In this document: positions 42,227 to 53,437 of the stretch, piece after piece | Numbering within the stretch: position 1 is the stretch's first letter | Layout of the letters: the number at the start of each line of letters is the position of its first letter | Origin: Babesia bigemina | Lineage: Eukaryota | Direction: 5' to 3' | Assembly (NCBI RefSeq): GCF_000981445.1 | Contig: NC_027217.1 | Location: 1-64,000, forward strand | DNA: 64,000 nt | Notes under the pieces: generated by a model | Told to the model about the DNA's origin: nothing | Database searches by the model: none | The model's input: the letters and a program-made list of their open reading frames with translations, nothing else | Made by a program: the position numbers and the translations under genes

Positions 42227-42348
42227 TCGTACTCACGTGTTCACTATCTACACTCACCTAGCATCACCTACTCACCTAACTTATGAATTGTGCTTTAAGC
42301 TGTTGCATCACTCCTTAATCGTTGTATGTTATTGTGTAGTACTTAACT

Positions 42349-42867
42349 AAAGTGCTGACCAAGGTGCTGACCAATGTGCTGACCAATGCCATGACCAACG
42401 TGGTGACCAACGTGTTGACCAATGTGCTGACCAATGCCATGACCAACGTGGTGACCAAGATGCTTCCCAAAGTGCTGACCAACGTGTTGACCAATGCCAT
42501 GACCAAGGTGGTAACCTATGTGCTGACCAAAGTGGTGACCAATGCCATGACCAAAGTGGTGACCAATGTGCTGACCAAAGTGGTGACCAAAGTGGTGACC
42601 AATGTGCTGACCAACCTGGTGACCAAAGTGGTGACCAATGCCATGAACAATGTGCTGACCAAGGTGCTGCCCAAAGTGCTGAGCAAGGTGCTGACCGAAG
42701 TGCTGACCAAAGTGTTGACCAATGCCATGACCAAAGTGGTGACCTACCACCTGCCCAAAGTGTTGACCAACGTGTTGACCAATGCCACGACCAACGTGGT
42801 GACCAACGTGCTGACCAATGTGTTGACCAAAGTGCTGACCAATGCCATGACCAAGCACCTGACCAAG
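42349..42867. repeat. 12-bp tandem array
   Basis: Visible tandem units. Confidence 0.97.
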
Positions 42868-42870
42868 TTG

Positions 42871-43015
42871 ATGGTCACGGCAGCGATGACATGGTCACGG
42901 CAGCGATGAGATGGTTACGGAAGCGATGACATGGTTACGGCAGCGATGACATGGTCACGGCAGCGATGACATCAACACGGCAGCGATGACATGGTCACGG
43001 CAGCGATGACATGGT
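42871..43015. repeat. 20-bp tandem array
   Basis: Visible tandem units. Confidence 0.95.
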
Positions 43016-43033
43016 GAGCTAAGTGGTGATTAT

Positions 43034-43140
43034 TATCCACTCTACATCGCCCTTTAACCCACTCTACATCGCTCCCTAACCCACTCCACATCGCCCCTTT
43101 ACCCACTCTACATCGCCCCTTTATCCACTCCACATCCCTT
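43034..43140. repeat. 22-bp tandem array (short)
   Basis: Visible tandem units. Confidence 0.95.
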
Positions 43141-43240
43141 GAATCACCTCGTCTTATTACCGCTATGACCTCTGTTAACCATAGCAATAACTTGTGCCTT
43201 GTCACCCTTCACTTCCCTTCTTCCACCTCTTGCCACTGCC

Positions 43241-46200
43241 ATGTCCCATCATGTTCACCCTAAGTCCAAATCTCTCGAATTACTTCGTCTTATTAACGCT
43301 ATGACCTCCATAAATCATTATAATAACTTGTTGATGGTGACCATTCTCTTACTGAGGATGCCAGGAAAAAGCAGTTGAATGGTATCAATGATAGCCGTAT
43401 TCAACTTGGTGAATTGGCTGGGCAGCTTGGCGGATTTGTTGGTCAAAGTGAGAGTGTTAAGAAAGCCGTTGTGAATGCTATTATCGCTAAAATTAACAGT
43501 AATGAAGAGCTTAAACATCTTTACTCTTCTCTTGTTACTAACCTTTCTGAGTCTGTCAAGTCTGCTGGCCAGGCTGATGACACCGGAAAAATTAGTGAGC
43601 TAAAAAGTAAAATTACCACTGAAATTAAGCTTACTGAAGAGACAATGAAGAAGCTTAAACCTTCTGTAATTAACTCTCCTTCTTCCCCCTCTCCCTCTGC
43701 TGAGTCAGACAAATTGCACTCCAAGTTGCAGGCTTTGGAGAAAGTGGAGAAGCTTTGTGAAAATTATGAGAAACTTAAAACTTCTGATAATAACCCAAAA
43801 AATCTCTTAGATAATTTATGTGACGGCCTCGAAACCTTCCTCGGCTTCAACTCTGCTTCCAAAGGCTACGATGGCACTGGGATAGTGTACTCCGACTTGG
43901 ATAGGCTGTGTGACGGGGTGATGGGATTTTTGAGTGGAGTGCTTGGTGCGGTGAAAAACGAAAATGAAGTGACAACTTATGATAATTACATAACTTCAAC
44001 TAATATTAATAGTGTAGTTAGCAAAATACATGACTGTATTGGTAAGGGGCCGGAGGCCTTCAAGGAGGCAATGGCCGACGTGATTTTTTGGCTGCGTAAG
44101 TATAATTTTGTTTTGCAGGAAAAAACAAGCGAGTTAACTGCTGAAATAAGTAAGTTTATGAATTCCAAAATTGGTTATGACTATATTAAACGTGTTTCAG
44201 GTAGCTCGACGAAGAGCCTTCGAGAACAGCTGTCTGACTGGACCAATGTGGTCGGCGAGATTCAACGAGACCTAACAAAAATTGAAACCGAAAATATTAA
44301 TGCGTTAGATAAGACACTTAGAAATAATATCATGCATAAATTCGAGCCTGTTAAAACGTCGGTTCAATTGCTGCTTGAGTCCGCCCAAAATGATGCATTG
44401 GTGAAGCAGGCGACCAAGGTAGATGCTGAATTGGAGAAGCAGGAAAAAGAAATTAAGAAAGAGATACTTAGGCAATCTATATCAATTACAGACACCTTTA
44501 AAGAGGGATTTCAAGAAGTATTTAGGAATATACGACATCTTAGTGATGTGGAAAAAACGCAATTTGGGAGCATTAAAAATAGATTGGAGGAGGCGCAGAA
44601 GTTTTTGAATACTAAATTTGACTATGAATACAAAAGTCATGTTATTGGTAAGTTTGAAGATATAAAAACGGTAGTTAAAAACGTACATGCCATGTTATCT
44701 GTACAAAAACAAGGACTTGAGAAGTTAGTTGCATACGCTTGGCAGCACTTTGAACAACTTAAAATTAATACCATTAAAAAAGAGCCGGGCAACGGGGAGG
44801 ACAATAGCATAGGAAAGAAATGGGAAGAGCTACAAACGCAGATTATATCAATAGTTGGTGATATTAATGGGACTGGTGCAGGGCACAACAAAAACCATCC
44901 AAGCCATGATGGTCTTGAAGGTATCCAAACTAGAACGAAGGAGTGGGCTGAAGGATTTACGCATTTTGAGAATGTAGTGGAGAAATGGGTAGCAGAGATA
45001 TTAAATGATGGTAAGGGGATGGTAATCGATAAGGTTAATAAATATTATGGTAATATAACAGAAAATGATAAGACTGCGATTTCACGCGTATTTAAGGAAC
45101 AGCTTAATGCAAAGGTCATAAAAACAAATGGACCGCTCACAGTGCGAGTCATGGAAGGTCGCGACAGCATTCAGCAAAATATTAACGCTGTCCAATCCTC
45201 TTGCGATAAGTTTGCCAAAGTGCTTCATGAGAAGATCAAGGCGCACGACACGCTAGTCGACATTGCAAAAAGCATTTTGGAGGCGATTAACTTACAAGTG
45301 AAAACAACCACTAAAACAAATGACGCACGCGATATATCGGATGCTATTCGTTCCACTCTGGAACAACTCGTGGGAATGTCTAGGAGTGCATCCCTCGAGA
45401 TCAAATCTGTAACTGCCGAAAATAGCACTTATAGCCTTGGAAAACGCGTCGATGAGGCGTTAAAAGAGATTGATAATATCCGAAAGGAATTCGTAGCTGG
45501 TGGAGAAGGGCGTAACGGCAAATTTATAACCGCGGCATTGATAACGGTGAATGACAAAATACGTCTACTTGAACCTATATTGAAAAATGAAGCTACAGGC
45601 TCTTTGCGTGCTACTGCGAACGCGGTTGAAACTATTGTCACGGAGCTTCAAGAATTTACGAAAACGAAAAATACAAATGGCAGCATTGAACAAAAAAAGC
45701 AAGCGGTCGTCGACAAAATGGCAGATTTGAAATCCCAGATTCAATCGCATATCAGTGTCATTCTTAAGGCTGTCGTTGATGCAGATGCGTATTTGGAAGC
45801 AGTCATCAATGACATCCAAGATGCATTAACTGAAGCTGATATAAAGGCCAACCAAGCTGTCAACCAACTGAAGGAAGAACTGACAGAGAAGGTGGATAAG
45901 GCATTTCACATCATAAACATTGAAGTAAAATCCCTATTTGCCAAAGAAAGAACCGCCCACCTCTCCGCCCTCAAGACCCTCGTCACCAGGCAGCTCAAGA
46001 TCATCACCTGCACCGTCAACAAAAACCTCAACACCGGCCTGAAAGGCTTCCTCAAGACGCTGAGCGGGGATTATGTCGACATTTATTTGGCTGGTTATAA
46101 GGAGCGTCCGAAGCATCTCCCTCCTAAAGCTCAGAAGACCAATCCGCTCGACGAAGTGAAGACCGCTCTTGAAAGAGGTGAACATGGAGACAAAGTTGCA

Positions 46201-48825
46201 ACGCTGTCCTCCACATTCAAGCACTATTCTGAACACATCTTCGATTACCTCGATAAGGACCTCAAACATAATTTCGCCTCCCAGCCTCAGGTCATCGGCC
46301 AGTATGACCAGACTGTCTCCACCATCCGCTCGAACCTCACCGATCTCCTCACCCACATCAGCGCTCACAAACACTTCGACCACCAGGTTCCCGAGATGCT
46401 CGAAACGCTCAAGACATCCCTCACCTCCTTCAAGTCCTCGCACTTCGGCAACGCATCCTACCCCGTGCTCGACGCCTTTCCCCGAAGCCTGGAGCAGTTC
46501 GTCGGGGAGCTGGAGAGGATGTACGTTAGCAGGTATGATGGGCATAAGCAGAAGGTTAATATGGGTAAATTGGTTATTAGTGATGGTGATAAAGGTGAAA
46601 AATTAACGGATGACGGCAGAAATTTGTCGAAGGTATTTTTGACGATTTTGGTGACTTTGAAAGCCGGGTTAGACGAGTTAAAGCAGAATGCTCCAAACGC
46701 CTGGAGAGGAAGACAAATTTATTTGCAAGACAGTAACGAAGATGAAAACTCATTTGGTCAATTTTTGAACAAGTGCGGTTACAAAGTTTCCAAGTCGCAT
46801 GATTCCCATGAAGGTCACCTGAGGAATAAGGAGCAGTGCAAAGGTCAATATATCCACGACGGTCTTCTTGTAGGCGATAAGCAGCATATTTATCACTCAG
46901 ATAAAAACGGTAAACGTGCACTCGAGATACTTTTCGACTATTTGGAGACATACAACGACTTATGCCATCTCTCAACATTAACCTCCAAGAGACAGCCATG
47001 CTCCGTGTACGAGATGCTCGCTTGGCTCTCGGGACTAACGCACAATCCGGTACACCAAAGTAAGCTAAGCGTAGCCATCATGAACGTTTTGGAAGAGCTA
47101 TACAAAAGAGGTAGAGAAGATGAGGGAGAACATGGCGACGTATTAGCAGTAGAACGACAAGCAGACGGAGGGGAGTTCAAAGTGTCATTGGTTGATGCAC
47201 GCTCCGTATCCCTGGAAGCCTACCCACGTGACGTATCATATGATGAACTGTGGGCAGCCGTGACGCATATATGTTCGACTTCATATGACGTCCTTTGCGC
47301 AATTGCCGGTCACGGCGACGAATTCACGACATACGCTGTGGACTATTCCAACAATCACATGAAATTCAATTACCCCCAAAACGGGGAAGATTGTCTCGAT
47401 ATGCTCCTTGACATCCTTCGTCGAATGTTGCCAACATTACAATATTTGTATAGTCAGTGCAGGCTCAGCAATGGGCTCAACGGTTGGCAAGCGTGCAAGT
47501 ACGGCAAGGATATCATGACAGCCAAATGGCCATGCAAAGTTCATCCATCCGACGAACCAGATAATAAATCAAACTGCCAAGCAAAGTGTAAACCAACGTG
47601 CCAAGCAAAGTGCGAAGTAACGTGCCAAGTAGATTGCCAACCAACATCGCCATTGATGAGTTACCTGAACGACTGCTTGCCGGGTCATTTACCTCATCAA
47701 CTTACTAAAATTGGATGTAAGTACGAGTGTTCCAATTGCTCAACTTCTAAAAAGGGTAAGCCTTGCCTGACGCCTCTTGGATTCAAAGGTTTCTCCGGAT
47801 CCACACGTATGGGTAAGGACATATGTGAAGTGCTGACCAAATTCATCAACATCAAGCATCTTACGGGTCTATTCACGCTGATTCCCAAGCCGCCTTCCAC
47901 GTTGCCAGAGCACTTCGGTTTTACCTTGGCGCTGGCGATTGGTATTAATGCAACATCTAGAACTAATAATTACGATCCTCATGCGTTTAGAGGCGTGTTT
48001 GCCGCATCCATCTACGAGCAAACTATTAACCTCTGTACCGACCAATCCACATTGACCAATGCGTTAACCGACGCATATGGGTCGCCGTCTCCAACACATG
48101 GCGTATGCGAACATGCCCACGTTAGAAATCTCACGGCGTCCGATAGCTGCAAAGGGAAGACCAATTTGGAACTCGAATGCGCTCCGTACCTTGCCAATTT
48201 ATCTGTCGACTGTTATCGATACCTCGGTAAAAAGCATTCCAACCTCTACTTGTCATGGGCTGTCTACCTCCCTTGGAGCTTTTGGACGAATCTTAAAAAT
48301 CTATATGACGCGTTTTGCAACATTTACTGTCAAGACTGGGGCTGTCGTGGTTGCTTAAGAGGCGACAAGTGCAAACGTGGAGAACATGGATCAATAAGTG
48401 ACGCTTCCAAACAACCTAATTGCCAATGCCACTCCATTGTTGACTGCAGAGGCGTCGCTCCAACTTTGTACAGTTATGGCTTTTCCTTCGGTGACCCATC
48501 GAAATTGCAGAACGAGCATTATCCAAACACATGTGCCGACTTCCGCAAGCAATTGAAAAATGTATTGAAGTCGGAATACTTCACAAAATTATTTGAAGAG
48601 TGTGACAAATTCTTATTCACCATCAGAGAGCCCTTCATCTGGCTCAACGTCGCCCTCTGGCTCCTCTCCTTCCTCTACCTCCTCCACATCATGGTCATCC
48701 GCCTCGACCTGCTCCACATCAAATCGCATTTGCACTCACCATCATCACATCGCATCGCCACGCAATCACTACTCGCCGCTGCACGTGTTAAAGCACTCAA
48801 CAAAGTGCTGTACCTGCAACCTTGA
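43241..48825 (+). CDS. ves-like gene 6, near-identical copy of gene 5 with a different extreme C-terminus
   Basis: ORF translations are identical up to SHRIA, offset 6599 bp. Confidence 0.85.
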
Positions 48826-49529
48826 TAGACCACCTCACCACCACTCACCTAACTCACTACCTAGCAACCCACCGCCTAACCTAATACTCACCCAAATATA
48901 TTACGTAATTCCTACTCAGCAATTGGCAGTTAATGTAGTTCATGCAATTATAGGTTCTTGTTTTGCGATATAGAGTTGTGAGCTACAGGTGAAATGTGCC
49001 CACGCCCTCCCATGGCTTTAGTGGGTAGTGATGTCGGGTTATAAGTCATCAACCTACGCTGCTTAAGCGTGTTGTGATAAGTGAACGTGAAGCGTATGAA
49101 ACGTGACTGTGTTGAACGTTAGCTATCATGTGCGATGTTAGGCAATGAATGTAGCTGCGGTTACCCTATGTGATGGCCAGTGGGCGGCGTAGCTATGTGA
49201 CATTGATGGCAACGGTGTAAATGAGAAGCACGTTAATCAAGTGATGTGGCTCAGTTAGGCACTAATGATGACACAAAGGTGATGATATTTATAAGCGGAA
49301 TTGGCAACGTCGGATGGACTGCAATGGATCAAATTGCCTTATCAAATGACACCGGGTGACCTGCATGCCACGGCGAGGATACCAGCCACGTGCTCTACCT
49401 CGGTAGTACTTCAGCTTTGGCAGCTGCATAGTTGTGATGTAATTGGATGTAAGTTTTATGGCGGTTAGCCGGGTGGCTGTGGAACTTATGGAAGACGGCA
49501 GTGTCCTTGGCTGAGGTACGTGGTTCATG

Positions 49530-49666
49530 GTTGCAGTTGGTGAGTGCTGCTTGAGTGATTGATATGTTTGCAGGTTGAGTGGACTGGGAGCGGCAGTGGT
49601 ACGTGTTGCAGTTGGTGAGTGCTGCTTGAGTGATTGATATGTTTGCAGATTGAGGGGACTGGGAGG
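49530..49666 (+). repeat. Two copies of the 75-bp exon-intron-like repeat
   Basis: Same unit as 34664-35128, again immediately upstream of a Cys-rich gene. Confidence 0.9.
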
Positions 49667-49677
49667 GAGAGGGGAAG

Positions 49678-50241
49678 ATGGGGAGCGGGGATCCGTGTAT
49701 ATGTGGTACGGGATGTCGAATGGGTCGATCATGTGTTTGTTGTCCGTGGTGTTGCGCAACATGTAAGAGTGTCTATTGCGGTGAGTGTTGGGGATATTAC
49801 GGATTGCGCAAACAAGGCAAGCAGCTTGACAAGTGCGGAACATCGCAATGTAAGATTAAATGCATTGATGTTTACAATTGTCAATGTAAATGTTGCAGAA
49901 AAAAATGTGATGATAAGGATGCCACCTGCAAGCCCCTTCCTCCCCCGCCTCCCGTTGCCGCCACGCTTTCTTCCACCGGTGCACAAGTACACTCTGCTCC
50001 TTCCGGTGCTCAGCATCTTCAAGCCACCGAAGAGCAATCGAGGAATCTCGAAGCTCAGACCCATGATGAATACACTTCTCCATCTTTCACCCCTGACCCC
50101 CAAGCCATCGCCGCCGTCATCGTTGCCATCATCGTCGCCATCATCCTGCTCGACCTATGCATCTTCCGCTTTCCGGTGGGCCGCAACATCCGCGATTTCC
50201 TCGTACGCAAGATACCCTTCTGCATCGCGTTCTACAGCTGA
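49678..50241 (+). CDS. Small Cys-rich single-pass membrane protein B (187 aa; tail beta)
   Basis: 18-Cys scaffold plus 2 extra Cys, Pro/Ser/Thr stalk, TM. Confidence 0.82.
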   Translation: MGSGDPCICGTGCRMGRSCVCCPWCCATCKSVYCGECWGYYGLRKQGKQLDKCGTSQCKIKCIDVYNCQCKCCRKKCDDKDATCKPLPPPPPVAATLSSTGAQVHSAPSGAQHLQATEEQSRNLEAQTHDEYTSPSFTPDPQAIAAVIVAIIVAIILLDLCIFRFPVGRNIRDFLVRKIPFCIAFYS

Positions 50242-50378
50242 TCTCAGCAATTTGTTGGCGCAAAAATCGTAATCCAAATTCCACTGATCACCTAACTGGC
50301 AACTGACATCTAATGTGCTAGACAGAGTAATGATTGCGTTGATGACCAATCACATGAGCAGTGAGGTGACCATTTAAC

Positions 50379-50489
50379 CCCCTCCCTTACATCATCGTCC
50401 CCGTCGCCCTCATCATCGTCGTCGTCTGCGTCATGGTCTACTTCCGCATCCGGCCCTTCCACAGGGTGCGGTATCTACTGCGCAGCTAA
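50379..50489 (+). pseudogene. Orphan TM/tail cassette alpha (PLPYIIVPVALIIVVVCVMVYFRIRPFHRVRYLLRS*), no open upstream frame
   Basis: Near-identical to the C-terminus of 35140-35622; ATG 50354 is out of frame. Confidence 0.78.
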
Positions 50490-51219
50490 TCGCAATAACC
50501 TAACTGGCAACTAGCATCTAATGTTCTAGACAGTAATGATTGCGTTGATGGCCAATCACATGAGCAGTGCGGTGACCTAACACCTAAACCTTAATTTGGT
50601 CGTTGCGTTGTTACGTTAGTTACCCAACACGTTGAGCTGTAAATTAATTGTGGGACGTGTCTACGTCACCACAACGTACCGGTGCTATCTGAAGCGAAGT
50701 GATTAGCCACTGACGTGATCAGATAACGCTTACCGCGCTAGGTGATATCATATGTAGTCTACAGCGTCACTGTTTGGCACGTTAGCTATCAGTTACATTG
50801 CTATGGTATGGATGTTACCGGGACTGCGACGTGGTCAGCGTACGGCGTGGTTATGTTACATAGATAGTATCGGTATTGATGAGAAGCGTATCAAGCAAGT
50901 TTTGTGGCTCACTCAGGCGCTTATCATGATACCAATGCAACAGCAGTCTTAAGCAGTCGCAACGTCGGATTTTCTGTGATGTATGGAGTTGACTCCACGA
51001 CTGACACCGATTGGCCTGCATGCCATGGCCAGGATACCGTTCACATGCCTCGACTTGGCACTACTTCACTTGTGATAGCTGCACAGTAGTGAAGTGACTG
51101 GCAGCGATTCGGATGGTGGTCATGTGACTGCTACCTTGGCGCCGATGGGAGACAGCCTAAGTGTCCGGGGCTAAGGTTCGTGGTTCATGGTTGTGCAGGT
51201 TGATGAGGAGAGGGTGAAG

Positions 51220-51615
51220 ATGACTAGTGAATGTACATGTCGTGATGGTGATAGAAAATGCAGCGACACGGGTTGTATTTGCTGTCTTTTGTGTTGTGAC
51301 GCATGTACAGGTGATAGTCTAACTTGTTCACCATGTTTAGAGAGGATTTCAGAGAGGCGCATGGCGAATTTGACATGTTCGCTTGAACTATGTCTAAAAG
51401 TATGTAAAAACGGGGGGCTTTCCTGTGAATGTGGATGTTGTCAACGCAAAGACATATTTCCTGAAGCGGTTGCCCTTGCATCCACTGCTTCCTCCGATCT
51501 CATCGCTCCTGTCATCGTCATTTCCATCATCATCATCATTGCCGTCGTTGTATGCGTTATGTGCGTCTTTCGCATTCGACCATTTCACAGAGTTCGAGAT
51601 ATATTTCGCCTATAA
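51220..51615 (+). CDS. Small Cys-rich single-pass membrane protein C (131 aa; alpha-like tail)
   Basis: Same 18-Cys scaffold; TM followed by FRIRPFHRVR. Confidence 0.8.
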   Translation: MTSECTCRDGDRKCSDTGCICCLLCCDACTGDSLTCSPCLERISERRMANLTCSLELCLKVCKNGGLSCECGCCQRKDIFPEAVALASTASSDLIAPVIVISIIIIIAVVVCVMCVFRIRPFHRVRDIFRL

Positions 51616-53015
51616 ATTCAGTCTGCATCGCATTTTATGATTAGTTACAACATAGTGTTATTGCACTCATATCGCAGTATTATGAATTTACGGCACACTA
51701 GTTATCTAGTAACGTACTAAATATTTCCTGGCCGTGCATCCGCAAGTACTCATATTGACCGTTACGAACTAGATTGAGACAACAACGAATCCGCATTGGC
51801 TATTTCAACCGAATTGGCCAAAATTGCGTGTTATGCGTTACCCTCGGCCGCCCAGACGTCCTGCTGATTTGCTAGCACAAAATATGGTGCATCGCTAGTA
51901 ATGATAATCGCTGCTTAATGCCAGGTATCACATAGATATTGCCTATAAATAGGTCACCTTGACACCTATCGCCACTATAATGTTATACAATTCCATCATA
52001 CACGTTAGTAGACGGTTACCATGCTGCTATTCCCATAGCTATTTCGCCACTTTCCCAAGTCTCCCTACACCACCAAGAAATCACAAATTCACTGCTATAT
52101 CACTTTAAAATTAATTTGGTACTGCGATGTTTAGTCCCTACCAAATACGGCGCAGTTTGGGTGTAGGGTACTCTATTCACATAAAAACACGTCATACACC
52201 GTATGCGTCGTTGATATGCGCAGTTTAGAGTACGAAATAGTGAGGCTTGGTTATGATGCGGTGTTGACTTACGTTTAACGTCGATAGACATATCACATGG
52301 CATTCCATGCCGCGAGATAGTTGGCGAAAAAATTGCAAAACACAACTGTATAGTAGATGCTATTTGATATCCTATCATCGACAAATGCATCAGGGTAGGT
52401 TGGGATGGTGAAGCTAAGGGCCACTAACAGAGTCTATGCAGCAGGCCGGTGGCAGGTTGCAATGCTGATTTGGCAGACGGTGTGTATTGTTGAGGGAATA
52501 TGCTGGTGTGGTACCATAGTGGAGGTCGACATTTAGCCGAAGGCAGCTGCACAGAATGGTGTAGAGCTGGGATTGATGAGAGACCAAAGCAGGTCATCTA
52601 GGTGATTGAGTCGAAAATGGACTGACTATTTGTTAAGCTAACATGAATTCTTAAATGTTTCGGCATGGAGTTGAGGTAGAGTAGACGAAACACTGCGCGT
52701 TAATGCTAATAATCGGAATTAAATATTTTTGCAAGGACGTTGCCCATGTATCGGTCTTCGCGTATACGTCTACACGGGAGACGCTGGGATAGACGCGCCA
52801 CTTGATTATCAGCATGCGCTTCGCCACATGCTTGGGTATTGGATAGTCATGTCATGACAGCGGCTTGAGATGTTGGAACATGGTTGCCCCAGCAAAGGGG
52901 GATGGCATGGTAGGGGTGGGGTTATGGGCATTGTGAATCGTCAGTTGGCTGAGGGTGTTCGAGGTATAAGTACGTTGTTCAGTGCTGTGCAGTGTTGTCA
53001 AGTAAGTTAGGGCAA

Positions 53016-53234
53016 ATGGGTAATTGCCTCGGTTGTAGTAAACCGCAATGCAAAGGCGATAACGCTAAGTGCAGGGGCATTGCTTTTGCCTGCGTGCTTG
53101 CCGGCACTATTCTATTAATCGCCTTTGTCGTCTTGGTCTTTTACACCCTCGGTATATTCCACAACAAAAGTCTGGGTACAATTTTCGCCGAAATACGTGA
53201 TGGATTCCGTAGTTCAAAGCCTAAACTCCAATAG
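53016..53234 (+). CDS. Putative 72-aa membrane microprotein with MGNCLGC acylation-like N-terminus
   Basis: AAATGG start, Gly2 with nearby Cys, one strong hydrophobic segment. Confidence 0.55.
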   Translation: MGNCLGCSKPQCKGDNAKCRGIAFACVLAGTILLIAFVVLVFYTLGIFHNKSLGTIFAEIRDGFRSSKPKLQ

Positions 53235-53437
53235 TCTTATATCCTCACCCAGTCCACATAGTCTCACTGTTGCCATGTCACATCCGGTTTCAATGTGATT
53301 ATTTGATCCAATTACAAACACAATTGTTCCACATATAGTTACATCGAGCCTGTTGTATAACCGTTGGTCGTGCGATCTAGTTTTTGCCAGACACCATGGC
53401 ATATCACATGCTGAAACAAAATCGCTACTCATTGCTG

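Noticed and set aside
42315..42909. ORFs of VLTK/LVST/GQHF repeats over the 12-mer arrays (also at 11.0, 17.4, 25.7 and 36.0 kb)
   Set aside because: By-product of a 12-bp period; open on both strands, mostly non-ATG starts, interrupted by stops in other copies
51650..52950. Possible gene or ncRNA in the unique spacer, including ORF 52100-52390
   Set aside because: No motif, repeat or paralogy support visible
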